NCBI RefSeq assembly: GCF_000142905.1
Contig: NW_013657662.1
Coordinates: forward strand, 124,001-188,000
Direction of reading: 5' to 3'
From: Thecamonas trahens ATCC 50062
Taxonomy: Eukaryota > Protista > Apusomonadida
DNA length: 64,000 nucleotides
Shown: positions 52,908 through 64,000 of the stretch, piece by piece
Layout of the letters: each line of letters opens with the position of its first letter
How positions within the stretch are numbered: the first letter of the stretch is position 1
The notes under the pieces: generated by a model
Told to the model about the DNA's origin: nothing
Databases searched by the model: none
What the model saw: only the letters and a program-made list of their open reading frames with translations
Program-made: the position numbers and the translations under genes

Positions 52908-54687
52908 ATGAAACGGGTCGGCAAGTACGAGCTGGGTACGACGAACGTGCCTGTGGGAGTGTGCCGCGGGGAGGCAGAGCGGGGAAAGTCACAGCAGTGT
53001 GGGCCACCAGTGCCCACCACGTATGCCCTCCCCCTCCCCTTGCCCCCCCCCCCTCCCCCCTCCCCCCCCTCCTCCCCTTTCCATACATCCCCCCTCCTCC
53101 TTCAGTGGACTCACTCTGCGTATGTATGCGGTGGCAAAACGGGTGGCCGAAACGGACGTGCGGGTCGGCTCGGTGGTGGCGCGGGTCGCAGGGCGGACGC
53201 TGGGTGAGGGCACGTTCGGCAAGTACGTACAGAGGAAGTGCATGGGGGGGGGCAGGGAGAGAGACCCGGTGGGTAAGGAGCACGGGTGAACTCACACGGA
53301 GGGCGTGTTGGGGGGCAGGGTCAAGTTTGCTAAGGACACCGAGTCCGGCGAGCACGTGGCTATTAAGATTCTCGAAAAGTCCTCGATTCTCAAGCAGGGC
53401 ATGGCAGAGCAGATCAACAAGGAGATCTCCATCATGAAGATGATCCAGCACGACTATATCGTCAATCTCATCGACGTGCTGGCGTCGGCTACCAAGATTT
53501 ACATGGTGCTGGAGCTGGTGACTGGCGGAGAGCTCTTCTACAAGCTCGCCAACGAGGGCCGTTTTCCCGAAGACACGGCGCGCCACTACTTTCAGCAGCT
53601 CATCAACGGCCTCGCGTACTGCCACTCTATGGGCATCTACCACCGCGACCTCAAGCCGGAAAACATCTTGCTTAACGACCAGGAGGATCAGCTGAAAATC
53701 TCGGATTTTGGTCTCTCTGCACTGCAGGAGAAGGACGGCAACTTGCTGCGGACGACGTGCGGGACGCCCAACTACGTCGCGCCCGAAGTCTTGTCTAACT
53801 CGGGCTACCACGGCTCGACCGCCGACGTCTGGTCGTGCGGTGTCATCCTCTACGTCTTCCTCGCGGGCTTTCTCCCGTTTGAGGACCCGTCGACCGAAGC
53901 GCTGTTCAAGAAGATCACCCGCGCCTCGTTCCGCTTCCCGCCGTGGTTCTCAGACGGCGCAAAGTCGCTCATCGAGCGCATCCTCGTTCCCGATCCGGCC
54001 GAACGCATCACTCTCGAGGAAATCCTTGCCGACCCGTGGTTCCTCGTCGACCTGCCCGACTCGGAGCCGGTTCCGTCGGTCGGCCACGTCGACACCGTCG
54101 ACCAGTCGGACGACTCACTCTCCGTCGTCGACATTGGCGGCGAGGACGTCGAGGTTGTCGAAGACGACGACGAGCCCGGCCCGGCCAAGGACGTCTCCAA
54201 GATCACCAACGCATTTGACCTCATCGGCCGCTCGGGTGTCTTTGACCTCACACGCATGCTCGAGCGCCACCCGCCGGACCAGATCAAGCGGTACACGCGC
54301 TTCTCGTCGTCGACAGACCCGGATGTCATTCTCGAGCTCCTGCAGTCGATCCTTGACACCATGCCGGTCTCGTACCACGTCCAGCCCAAGTCGTACTCGA
54401 TCGACGTCAATGCAGCCTCGTCCAAGGGCATCATCAACTTTACCATCCAGATCTACGAACTCTCGGGCTCGCTCTACCTCGTTGACTTTCAGAAGAACAA
54501 GGGCGACACGCTCGAGTTTACCCGCTACTATCGCACCCTCTACGAGAAGGCCTCCGACGCATCACTGCCGGTCGAGGGCAGCGACGGCGAGTTTGGCGGG
54601 CCGTCGGGCGCCCCGCCGCCGTCAGCCATCCCGCGCAAGTCCAAGGCCAAGGACAAGGCCAAGGCCAAGGCCAAGTCCAAGGCCTAG
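52908..54687 (+). CDS. CBL-interacting protein kinase (CIPK/SnRK3-type) with NAF domain; exons 52908-52935, 53192-53222, 53319-54687
   Basis: Spliced MKRVGKYELGRTLGEGTFGKVKFAK; HRDLKPEN, DFGLSAL, TTCGTPNYVAPEVL; NAF motif TNAFDLI...DL, TRFSS, and C-terminal KGDTLEF. Confidence 0.92.
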
Positions 54688-54964
54688 CTCCTCACACGAT
54701 GGAACGTTGCGTGGTTTGATGAGTTTGATGAGTGGAGCATAGCCGAGTCAGCTGGGCAGGCAAGGAATTCGCGGCTTGCGCCGCGGGCAGCCTGCCCGCT
54801 GCTCGCCTTGCCGTCGAGGATTGGTGAGGGAGGGATGAAAGTTGGAAAAGAATGGAGAGAAAAGAGGAAGAGAGTGAGAAGGTCGAGGTGTGCGGGTCAA
54901 CGATGCGCGGTTCGGCAGTTGCGTCTCGATACCCAGAGCCAGCAAGCGACGGGAGGGGCACGGC

Positions 54965-56212
54965 CTACTCGGGCAGCGAGGTGATGAGCCGCAGCGCGTC
55001 GGACGGGTTCATGACCGACGTCTCGCGGCCTTGAACAACGACGACGCGCGGAGCAGCCGGCCGCGATGCCGGTGACGCCGACGCAATCGGGATCCGCGGC
55101 GAGGTCTGCATGTTTTGCGGGCCCTTGAACAGCTTGGGCGAGCCGATGACGTCGACAAGCATGGGGCCCTTGGGCGGGACAAACGGCTCAAACGGCGGCG
55201 TCCGGAGGAGCTCCACCACAGGCCGCCGAGCGTGCACCGGCGGCTTGGGCGGGTGGAACCGGAGCGTGTTGAGCACCGAGCATCCGTCAATGAACCGCGG
55301 CGAGAGCGCCACTTCGCGAGTCGACGAGATGCCCGGCCCGGTCGGGGCCGCAAAGCGGACCGTCGGAGGAGCCTCGCGCTGCGGCGGCGACTCGCCGGGG
55401 AACGGCGACGTCTGACGCTTGCTCGTCGCTGCCGAGAGCAGCTCCGACGGCGGCATGAGCGTCCGCCGAACAGGCATCTTCTCACCTGCTGCCTGCTTCT
55501 TGCTCTTTGACGGCTTGCCGGCCTTCTTCTTGGCTCCGGACCGGCTCCGCGAGCCGACGCCAGTTGCGGCTAGTGCCTGCCGCTCGGCAAGCGCCGCGGC
55601 TTCCTCGGCCCGCCCGGCGAGGACCGAGGCCACCAGCGTCGCTTGCTCGGCCACAAACGTCGCCAGCGAGGTCGCCGCCGAGCTCGAGGCGTCGGCCTGC
55701 GCCGCTGCCGCCTCGAGCTCGGCGCGGCGGACCGTCGACTGTGCCATGGCCACTGCCATCGGCGTCGGCAGCGACTCGGGTTCAAACTCGCGCAGCGCGT
55801 CTGCGATCTCCTCGGCCGTCAGCGTCTGCCCAGACTCGGTCTTCTTCAGGTGGCAGTTCTTGTAGTGTGTCTTGAGGTTCGCCTTTTGCGAGCACCGGTG
55901 CGCGCACTTCGGATACGTGCAGAGGAACGGCTTTTCGCCAGAGTGCTTGCGGCAGTGGATGATCATGAGCGAGGCAAACCGGCACGAGTACGGGCATCCG
56001 TCGACCGGGCACTTGAGGTTGTTGCCTCCGCCGCCCGAAGACGACGTCGTCTTGCTTCCGCTCGGCTTGAGCGGCCGCGGCCGCTTCGTCTCGCGCTCCT
56101 CGGGCGCTGCCGGCGACAACGACTTGCGCTTGCGGCTCGGCGAGAGCCCGCTCCGGGTCTCCTCCGGCACCGCGGCTGGCGGTGATCCAAACTTGAGCTT
56201 CTTGCGCGGCAT
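54965..56212 (-). CDS. C2H2 zinc-finger transcription factor (two fingers)
   Basis: CPVDGC...H...H, SGEKPF linker, CTYPKC...H...H. Confidence 0.8.
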   Translation of the reverse strand: MPRKKLKFGSPPAAVPEETRSGLSPSRKRKSLSPAAPEERETKRPRPLKPSGSKTTSSSGGGGNNLKCPVDGCPYSCRFASLMIIHCRKHSGEKPFLCTYPKCAHRCSQKANLKTHYKNCHLKKTESGQTLTAEEIADALREFEPESLPTPMAVAMAQSTVRRAELEAAAAQADASSSAATSLATFVAEQATLVASVLAGRAEEAAALAERQALAATGVGSRSRSGAKKKAGKPSKSKKQAAGEKMPVRRTLMPPSELLSAATSKRQTSPFPGESPPQREAPPTVRFAAPTGPGISSTREVALSPRFIDGCSVLNTLRFHPPKPPVHARRPVVELLRTPPFEPFVPPKGPMLVDVIGSPKLFKGPQNMQTSPRIPIASASPASRPAAPRVVVVQGRETSVMNPSDALRLITSLPE

Positions 56213-57114
56213 ACCAAATGACCGCGCTCTCGGTGTGGTGATGAGGCTGGCTGCTGTAGATCAAGGTGTTGCGTGAGTGCCGTGGCGGAAAAAGAAGACT
56301 ACTGGCTGTGGGGGGAATAAAAAAAAGCACCATCACCCGCTGCGGCAAAGAAACCGGAGCGTAGAATCTGCCACAATGGCGCCAAAAGGCTGCCTTCACG
56401 AGCGAAGCTGAAGAAAGCCGCCTACCGCAACCATGACGCCGCGCCTGCAACACCATCGCCAGGAAAATGCCATCCGGGGACGGCCAAGCCCTCCGTGTCT
56501 CCCCACGTAACATATGCTCTGACCACTCTCCCCCCACACTGCCCTTCCCTGTCCACAACCCACATGCCTCCGGCAGCCAGCCGAGGCGCGCGCCAATGGC
56601 CAATAACCGCCCGCCGGCGTCATCCAGGTCTGAGCCAAGCGAGGTGGCGCCCCCTATGTCGACGGAAGGCCTCTGCTCACCACCGCGACCAATCTGCAGG
56701 AGATGGGAAGCATGGAATGCATACGGGACATGTCTAGCTCAGCTCAGTGGCCATCCTTTTCGGTGTGTGTGGCGTAGGCAGCGCTGAGAGCCGGCAGAGG
56801 ACGAGGCCGTTGAAAGAACGGCTTGGAAGGGAACATTCGTTCGCCGTGCCGCGCACATGCGTACCGCCGCCAATATGGACAACTGCGGTACGCAGTGCTG
56901 CTACAGGTGGTCTACATAGGGTTGTGATGGGTGGCTGCCTCCCCTAGCCCGAGATCCCGGTCAGGCCATGCCCTTTAGTCTCGCTATCGTGCGCCACGTA
57001 CTGTTCGAGAACAAACGAAGAATGTACGGTTTGAACAAAGTCAGGTGGCTAAAGGCCACACACACCCGCACTTTCCCCGGCCATCGCCAACCAGTTCCGA
57101 CTTGCCTTTGTTGT

Positions 57115-60100
57115 TCAACGACGCTTCTGACGCTTGTTCGGCGGGCCGCCACTGTTGCGGTCGCCTGGCCGCGACGGACGGTTTTTGCCGCGGTCGCCTC
57201 CGCGGTCGCCTCCGCGGTCACCTCCACGGTCGCCCCCGCGGTCACCTCCGCGGTCGCCTCCGCGGTACCCGCCACGGTCGCCTCCACGGTCGCCTCCGCG
57301 GTCACGGTCGTCGCGGCCGCGCTTGCGGTTGGCCGCGGCGTCTTCGGCCCTCGGTGCCGGTGAGCCGCTGTTGGCACGGCTCGGGGGGCCAGAGCCGCCG
57401 CCGATGCGATCGGCTAGGCGGCCACCGAGGCGGCGGTTGCGATCACTGGCACCACGGTCGCTCCCGCGGTCGCTTCCACGGTCGCTTGCGCGATCGCTCC
57501 CGCGATCGGATGGCCGTCCGCCAGGCCGTCCACCACGGTCGCGGTCGCGGTCGCGGTCGCGGTCGCGGACAGCACGGTCGCGGTCGCGAGCTCCGCGGTC
57601 GCCGCCCCGGTCGCCGCCACGATCGCTTCCGCGATCAGCCGGCCCGTTGCCACCCTTGCGATTGGCCTCGAGCGCGCGCTGCTTCTCACGCATCGCCTCC
57701 ATGGCGGCCTGGCGCTTTGCCTCGAGCTCGAGCTCGTGCTTGGACGGCGCGGCCTTGGCAGGTGCTGCCTTGGACTTGGACTTGGAGCCAGGCTTGCTCG
57801 ACTTGGGCGCCGACTTGGATGACTTGGGCGCCGGTTTGGACGCTGGCTTGGAATTGGACGTCTTCGACTTGGACGTCTTTGACTTGGACGTCTTGACCTT
57901 GGCCGGCGGGTCGGCCTTGGCCGGCGGGTCGACCTTGGCCGGCGGGTCGGCCTTGGCTGGCGGGTCGGCCTTGGCCGGCGGGTCGGCCTTGGCCGGCGGG
58001 TCGGCCTTGGCGGCAGCCGCACGAGTCCGGGAATTGGCCTGGCGCTTGGCCCTGTGGGCTCCAGCCGGCTCGCTGCGGCTGTGGCGCGAGGGCTGCCGGT
58101 CGGGCTCGTGGTCGGAGTTGCGACCGCGCTTGCGGGACGTGCCCGAGGCCGAGGCGACGACATCGACAGGCGCCGGGTTGGCAGCGCCAGCATAGCTGGC
58201 CGCATCAAAGAGGACGCCGCTGGTGGCCTTTTTCTTGAGCGCGTTCTCGTAGCGGAGCGAGAGGAGCTCGAGGTCGGAGCGCGGGGCGCCAGGGTTGGCC
58301 TTGGACTGGGCCTTGCACTTGGCGAGGACCGCCGACGCCGCCTTGAGCAGTGCGGCGTTCGACGAGACGACGACCGGAAAGTGGTCCTCAATTTTGGTGA
58401 GGACGACGAGAGCGTTGCGGACAGCCATGTGCTCTGGCGAGGAGAGGAGGGCAGTAAACTGGTGGCCAAGCGCAAGGTGGCACTTGAGAGCAAAGGCACG
58501 CCAGTTGTGGGCGAGCGTGGCGTCGTTGAGCGACGCAACGGGCACAGGCGGAAGCTCGCCATCGAGCGGCGGGACGGCAAGGACGGCCGACGACGCGTCG
58601 ACGCCGGGCGACTCCTTGTAGCGGGCGAGGAGTGCGAGCGACGACGCGAGCAGCCGCGCCACACGCCCGGCCTCGTTGGTCGACGCAGCAAAGACCCACT
58701 GCTTGACGTTGGCAAAGAGGGCGTGGAGGTAGCGGGCGAGGACAAAGCCCGGCGGCGCGAGCTGGATCAGCGCCTCCACAAAGGTGGCGCAGAACTGGGC
58801 GTCGAGGTGGGAGAATGGAGCGCGCGGGTAGACACAGCGGTGAACAAAGAGCGAGGCGGCGCCGGCAGCCGACTCGGCACTGGCAAACCAGGTCGAGGCC
58901 TCGGTGGCGAGAACCTTGCGGACGTACGCCACGTGGTCCTTCTGCACCCGCATCTCGGCCTTGAGGTCGAGCAGCATCTTGGAGTACCTCAGGAGGTTGC
59001 GCCGCTTCGACCGCGGCAGCCGGTTGTTCCTGGCCGCCTGCTCGGCGGTGAGCGCCGAGATCGAGGCCTCGATCTTGGCCTTTTCGGCTGCGTACTCGAC
59101 CGCCGGCACGCACAGGTCGTACAGCTCGAGCGACCAAAAGGCAGCAAAGAGCGCCGGCGAGAGTTGCGCGGCCTCGCTAGGAGGCAGCAGAGTAGTGGCG
59201 GCGTCGACACGCTGCGCAAGTGTCTTGCTCGCAGCCTCGTCGGTCACAACCTCGAGCGAGGACCAGAACGGCGCGACGGTGGCCTTGGTCTTCTTGTCGG
59301 CCTTTGGGTCGTCGCGCTTGGCGAGCGCGGCGGCGCGGGCGTCGACAACCGACGCCGGGGTGGCAAACGGCGTCGAGCCGAGGCGAGCGAGGAAAAACGC
59401 GGTCGCCACATCCAGCGCGTACTTGGCGACGCCGACGTCCGGCGGCGGCAGCTGCTTGGCGAGAGTGCCGGCCGGGACGTTGACGCGCAGAAACTCAACG
59501 TACTGCACAAAGGTTTCGTGACAAGCGTCAAAGAGGGCGCCGATCGGCTTGAGCGCCGAGAGGCCCGACTCGAAGATGATGGCAGACTTTTGCTGCGCAA
59601 TGAGAATGAGAAAGGGGACAAGTAGGTCCGCCGTGCTCAGCGCACGTTCCAGCCGGTGCGTCGCCCGCTCGGTCAGCTGCGCCGCAGCTACCTGCGCCGC
59701 AGCCTGGGCACCCGGATCGCCGGCCGCAGACGAAAAGGTCGAACCGAGGGCACGGAGCGTCGCCCCACCGGCGAGCGCGCCCAGCTGCGACGCCGTCATC
59801 TCCTCCACAACCTCGATGCCGGTCATGTTCGAGACTAGCTCTTTGAGCACAAGCAGGTCAAACGGCGAGCCGGCTTTGAGCTGGTTGGCAATGTACTGCA
59901 GGAGCGCAGGGAGACAGAGCCGCGAGTACTTGCGCGCCAACAGGCCAGAGAGCTTGGCCATGGCCTGCAGCCAGTCCGAGACCGTCGAGCCGTCGTCCTT
60001 GAGCCGCGATGCGCTCGGGTCGGCAAGCGCACCCACAATGGCGTACGAGGCAACATCAAACGAGAGCGGCGTAAGGTACTTGAGCGCTTCAACAACAGGC

Positions 60101-61979
60101 TCGATCATGTTGTCGTACGTCTTGAGTTGGCCAAACAACGTCTCGACCACAACAAGCGGATTGCCGTGCGAGAGCTTGCCCAGCACCCGCCCGTACTGCT
60201 TGGTGTTCTCGGCGGAGAGCCGGCGCAGCACGCCGCGAGTCTCAAACTCGACCTTGGCCCGCACAAACGTGAGCAGCGGGTGCGCATCGTAGGCATGTGC
60301 CGACCACCGCGCGTAGATCTCAAAGCGACGGGTGTAGCCGAGGTGGCCCAGCATGCCAAAGACGTCGGCGGCAAGGCCCGGATTGGCAGGAAGGAGAGAA
60401 AAGGCAGGGAGGAGGACGCCGCTAATGAGGTCCAGGATCTGGGCGGTAGCATCGTCGCCAATCCCGCCCTTGCTCAGCGCCGCGCCGCAGAGCCGCACCA
60501 TCTTGGCAAAGAGCTTGACGTCGGTGTAAAGGTAGAGGGAGAGCCACTCGAGGGCCTGGACCACGTTAGACTCACTCAGCAGCTCGTCAAGAGTGGTGAT
60601 CGAGGCACTCGCCAGCCGCTCGGCGAGCGACGGGCCGACGCCCGAGTTGTAGATAATGGCCGCGTACGGCGAGGCTGCCGCCGCCACCGAGTGGTAGTAC
60701 GGGTTGATCTGGGGAGTAATGATATTGACCAGCGCAGCAGCAACGCGCGGGTCGGCAACAGGGTTGAGCGCCGCAATCGAGTGCATGTAGCCATTGGCTA
60801 GCGACCAAGGCGCGTTGCGGAGGAGAGCAAGGCAGAGCCCGATCCGCTGGTTCGTCTCCCGTGGCTGAAGCGAGAGGACCGAGGCGGTGAGTTCGGCCCG
60901 CGCAGCAGCAGCCTCTGCAGCGGTGGCCGAGAGCGAGACGACCGACATCTTGGAGGCTGCGGTCCGGATGCGGTCCGAGGCCTCTTCAGCAGCACGTGAG
61001 CCGTCGGAGAGCGACGGCGAGAGATGCGGGTCAAGGGCGCCAAGCGTGATGGTGCCTGCGCGCAGGAGCGTGGCGGCGAGGTCGTAGAGCGAGTCGGGCG
61101 CGACGTCGCCGAGCTCGGTCTTGCCGGCGGCGTAGGTCTGGAACTTGAAACCGAGCACCTGGGCAATGGCACTAGCCTGCGAAGTATCAAGCAGAGCGAG
61201 GGCGTCGGCAGCCTCGTCGGCGGCGCCGATCTCGGCAGCCTCCAAGACGAGGTCCAGCACCCGATTGGGGTCGAGCGAAAAGTAGCCGACGAGCGAGTTG
61301 AGGTGCTTGCGCTTGCCGGCCACGCCGTCCGGGTGCGGCGAGTTGAGCAACGTCACCACCTTGGCGTAGCCCTCAGACTCTTCCCGGAGCAGGTTGTACT
61401 TGCACTGCGTGTAGTACCGGCGCGTCTTGGCCATCACCTCGCGCCTGGCAAAGACACGCGCCGACGGAATGAGCTTGGCCGCCGCCAGCACGTCCTCCGG
61501 CAAGCGGATCTTGAGATCAGACAACTCGGGCGCGCCGTCGTCGGCCGCTGCTAGCGCCGCCACAGTCGCACCCAGCGCAGCCAGGCTCTTGGCCTTGGCC
61601 TCGGCCTCGGCGGAGACCGCCAGCGCCAGCGAGACCATCCACAGAGCGTCGAGCAGGAGCTCGACCGCGCCCGCGGCGAGCACTGCTGCAGCCACCATAG
61701 CTCCGTCGACCTCGCCAGCAGCCACAGCCCATGTCAGGTCGACGACCGCCGGAAGGACGTCGTCGCCGCCGCCGCCTTTGGCCAAGTGCTGGCTCCTGCT
61801 TGCCACCAACTCGCTCGGTCAGTTTTCGGTCGGCGTGACCAGGGAGGGGAGGGGGAGAGGGTCAGGGGGAGGGAGGGGACGGGGAGGGGGAATGGGACAT
61901 ACACTGCGGCCGCACAGTCGTCACACGCCCGCCACGCCTCCAGTGTTGAGGCGTCTAGCGTGGTGTACGTGGGCGTCAT
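57115..61979 (-). CDS. THOC2: THO complex subunit 2; exons 61979-61903 and probably 61795-57115
   Basis: YTQCKYNLLREESEGYAKV, LVGYFSLDPNRVLD, LGFKFQ, YDNMIEPVVEALKYLT, FWSLELYDL; RD/RG-rich C-terminus; GTATGT donor and CTGAC branch motif. Confidence 0.92.
57185..58010. repeat. Coding repeats in the THOC2 tail: 12-bp (GGDR)n at about 57185-57305 and 18-bp (AKADPP)x6 at about 57895-58010
   Basis: Direct tandem repeats CGCGGTC(G/A)CCTC and CCTTGGCCGGCGGGTCGG. Confidence 0.85.
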
Positions 61980-62118
61980 GGTGGTGGGGTGTGGCGTGTT
62001 GGGCTCGGACAACAGGGGGAGGGGGAGGGGGGGGGGGGGGGGGGGGGGGGCATTGGTGTGACACGAGTCGCACTGCGTGTTTGCGGTGCGGTTGTCGGAA
62101 CGACTACCGGTAGGGTTG

Positions 62119-63072
62119 TTAGGAGAACGACGGCTGCGATGTGGCAACGTTGAGGAGGGCGGCGGTGGCGGCCGAGGGGACGGGGAGCGGGCCATCGAAT
62201 GACTCGCGGGCGATGTGCCAGTTGCCGTCGTCATCCTCGCGCCAGTGGACGCGGCGGACGCCGGTGCCGTTCTCGGTCGAGTAAGGACCAGACTGCTGGG
62301 CCTCGCGGCCGACATGCTCAAACTGGGCATCACCAAAGGCAAAGTCTGCAACCTCTGAATCGACGACGCCGGTCCAGAAGGCGCGGATACGGGCGCGGCC
62401 GACGACGATGGGCATGGGCAGGGCGTCAGCGGGCGGCGGGGCGAGGAGGGCCTCGTCGTTGTAGAGGGCAGCGATTTCTGCGGTGTTTCCGGCCTTGAGC
62501 AGAGTAATGAACATGGTGTTGGCCTCCTTGAGGGCAAGGACGGCAGCGTCGGGCGCCTGCGGCTCTGTGGGCTTGGTGCCTGTGGCGGTGGCGGCGGCGT
62601 CTGCGCGGTTGGCGACGGGGGTAATAACGCCACAGGCGATGAGCTGCGAGACGTCGATGTGGAGGATGAGCTTGCACATGAGCGGCAGCTGCTGGGTCGG
62701 ATCAGCAATGGCCGAGTCCGAGTGCAGCTGGATGGGAACGCGGCAGTTTGTGGCGCCGACCTTCATGCGCTCTAGGTCTGCGATGCGGAGGAGGCCGTCG
62801 CCGAGGACAATATCCTTCCGGAGGGTGTTGTGGTCGACGAGCTGAAAGTAGAGGATGTCGTTGCGGCCGACGGTGGCGGAGAAGGCACGGTCATCGCCCT
62901 CGCCCCACACGGGCTGGCGCGAGTTGTTAATCCGCTTGGTCTGGTGGACCTCCTTGGCGTTGACCTTGACCACCACGTACGTGTCGGGCGACTTGACAGC
63001 CACATGCTCGTACGGCGTGGCCGCTTGGATTTCGATAAAGACCTTGGCGGAGACCGCTCGTGTTGCGGCCAT
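62119..63072 (-). CDS. C2 domain + NTF2-like (SnoaL/DUF4440) domain protein
   Basis: SPDTYVVV...TKRINNSRQPVWGE...DHNTLRKDIVLG (C2); IAALYNDEALLAPP...GRARIRAFW...W...GNWHIARE (DUF4440-like). Confidence 0.75.
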   Translation of the reverse strand: MAATRAVSAKVFIEIQAATPYEHVAVKSPDTYVVVKVNAKEVHQTKRINNSRQPVWGEGDDRAFSATVGRNDILYFQLVDHNTLRKDIVLGDGLLRIADLERMKVGATNCRVPIQLHSDSAIADPTQQLPLMCKLILHIDVSQLIACGVITPVANRADAAATATGTKPTEPQAPDAAVLALKEANTMFITLLKAGNTAEIAALYNDEALLAPPPADALPMPIVVGRARIRAFWTGVVDSEVADFAFGDAQFEHVGREAQQSGPYSTENGTGVRRVHWREDDDGNWHIARESFDGPLPVPSAATAALLNVATSQPSFS

Positions 63073-63527
63073 GGTGACGAGTGACGAGGGGTTGAGGGGG
63101 GAGGGTTGAGGGGGAGGGGAGGAAGGGAAGGGGGAGGGGTGGTCGTGGACCAGGCAGCCAGGCAGCCAGGCGGCCAGGCGGCCGGGCGGTGAAGCGGAGA
63201 GGCGGCCGGGCGGCCAGAGTGGACCACGGGGGGGAGATGAAGTATGGATGCGGAGATTACGGGTGGTGGATGGTGGGGGGTGAGGGTGAGGGTGAGGGAG
63301 GATGCGGTCGGTGACGGGATATGGCGGTCGATCTGAGGGGTGGCGGGTGGTTAGAGACGGGGGAGGGGGAGAAGGGGAGGGGGCATGGCTGTCGGGTGGC
63401 GTCCAACGTGGTTCAGTGGCGGTTGGGGGCATCGGCAAGGGCAGGGAGGGGGAACACTCGACTGAGGCAGCACCGGCTGTAGGTGGGCGGCTGTAGGTGG
63501 GTGGCTGCGACAGTGGGAGGGGTTGGT

Positions 63528-64000
63528 ATGGCTGACTACTTCTTTGACGACTACGTGGCGCCCGAGGCGGGCAAGGGGAAGAGCAAGAGCAAGAGCAAGC
63601 GCAAAGGGAAGGGGAGGGGCAAGGACCCGGGCAAGGTCACCGCAGGCGCAAGAGCAGACGCCGACAGTAGTTGGGCCGCCGCAGCAACAGCTGGTAAGGG
63701 TAAGGGTAAGGCCAAGGGTAAGGCCAAGGCCAAGGCGAGCACATCTTCAGAGTCCCGCATCCAGGCGCAGCCGCCATCGCGCAGAGCCAGCTCGCGCGCG
63801 GGGGGCTCACGCGGCAGCTCGCGGGCAGAGTCGCGGCGATCTGCAAAACACGGCTCAAACAAGTCCGGCGGGCGCGACTCGCCGCCGCGCGACGGACGTG
63901 ACTGGCGGCGGGAGAGCCGAGACAGCGCTGAGAGCGAGGAGGCGCCGGCGGCGCGACGGCAGCGCGGTCCGGTCACCTCGGTCTCGCGCGAGTCTGTCGC
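63528..64000 (+). CDS. 5' part of a Lys/Ser/Arg-rich protein running off the window
   Basis: MADYFFDDYVAPEAGKGKSKSK...; no in-frame stop seen up to the window edge. Confidence 0.55.
   Translation, partial: MADYFFDDYVAPEAGKGKSKSKSKRKGKGRGKDPGKVTAGARADADSSWAAAATAGKGKGKAKGKAKAKASTSSESRIQAQPPSRRASSRAGGSRGSSRAESRRSAKHGSNKSGGRDSPPRDGRDWRRESRDSAESEEAPAARRQRGPVTSVSRESV

Noticed and set aside
63281-63298. (TGAGGG)x3 telomere-like repeat
   Set aside because: Only three variant units inside a G-rich upstream region, with genes continuing on both sides.

Overview
GC-rich, very gene-dense eukaryotic genomic DNA from a unicellular protist. The style (short intergenic spacers, few 5'-biased spliceosomal introns, Ras/RasGEF/RhoGEF/E2F/MYST/THO content) fits an apusomonad such as Thecamonas, but this cannot be proven from the sequence alone. 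About 32 protein-coding genes can be supported: an atypical two-DBD E2F, an FtsJ/MRM2 methyltransferase, a CBM9-like secreted protein, a MYST acetyltransferase, an ENPP, a RasGAP-VPS9 protein, two tandem bacterial-type kinase-remnant/M23/class-III aminotransferase fusions, TFIIA-L exon 1, NOC4, two RasGEFs, a double claudin-like membrane protein, a TTL-family ligase, a WDR54-like protein, ZnT9, Ras, NCS-1, an SH3-DH-PH RhoGEF, a myristoylated EF-hand sensor, aminoacylase-1, a NAF-domain CIPK-type kinase, a C2H2 factor, THOC2, a C2-NTF2 protein and several unknowns. There is one 100-N assembly gap. No rRNA, tRNA, CRISPR or transposon was recognised. Main leads: (1) a tubulin-tyrosine-ligase-family enzyme with a signal peptide and C-terminal HTEL, a candidate ER-lumenal peptide ligase; (2) a plant-type CIPK about 1.9 kb from a myristoylated CBL/NCS-like sensor; (3) the tandem aminotransferase fusions with differential loss of M23 zinc ligands; (4) four genes broken by the same -1 shift at TTT-TC, where assembly error is the most likely explanation but recoding is not excluded; (5) strand-polarised poly-C/(CA)n tracts just 5' of start codons.
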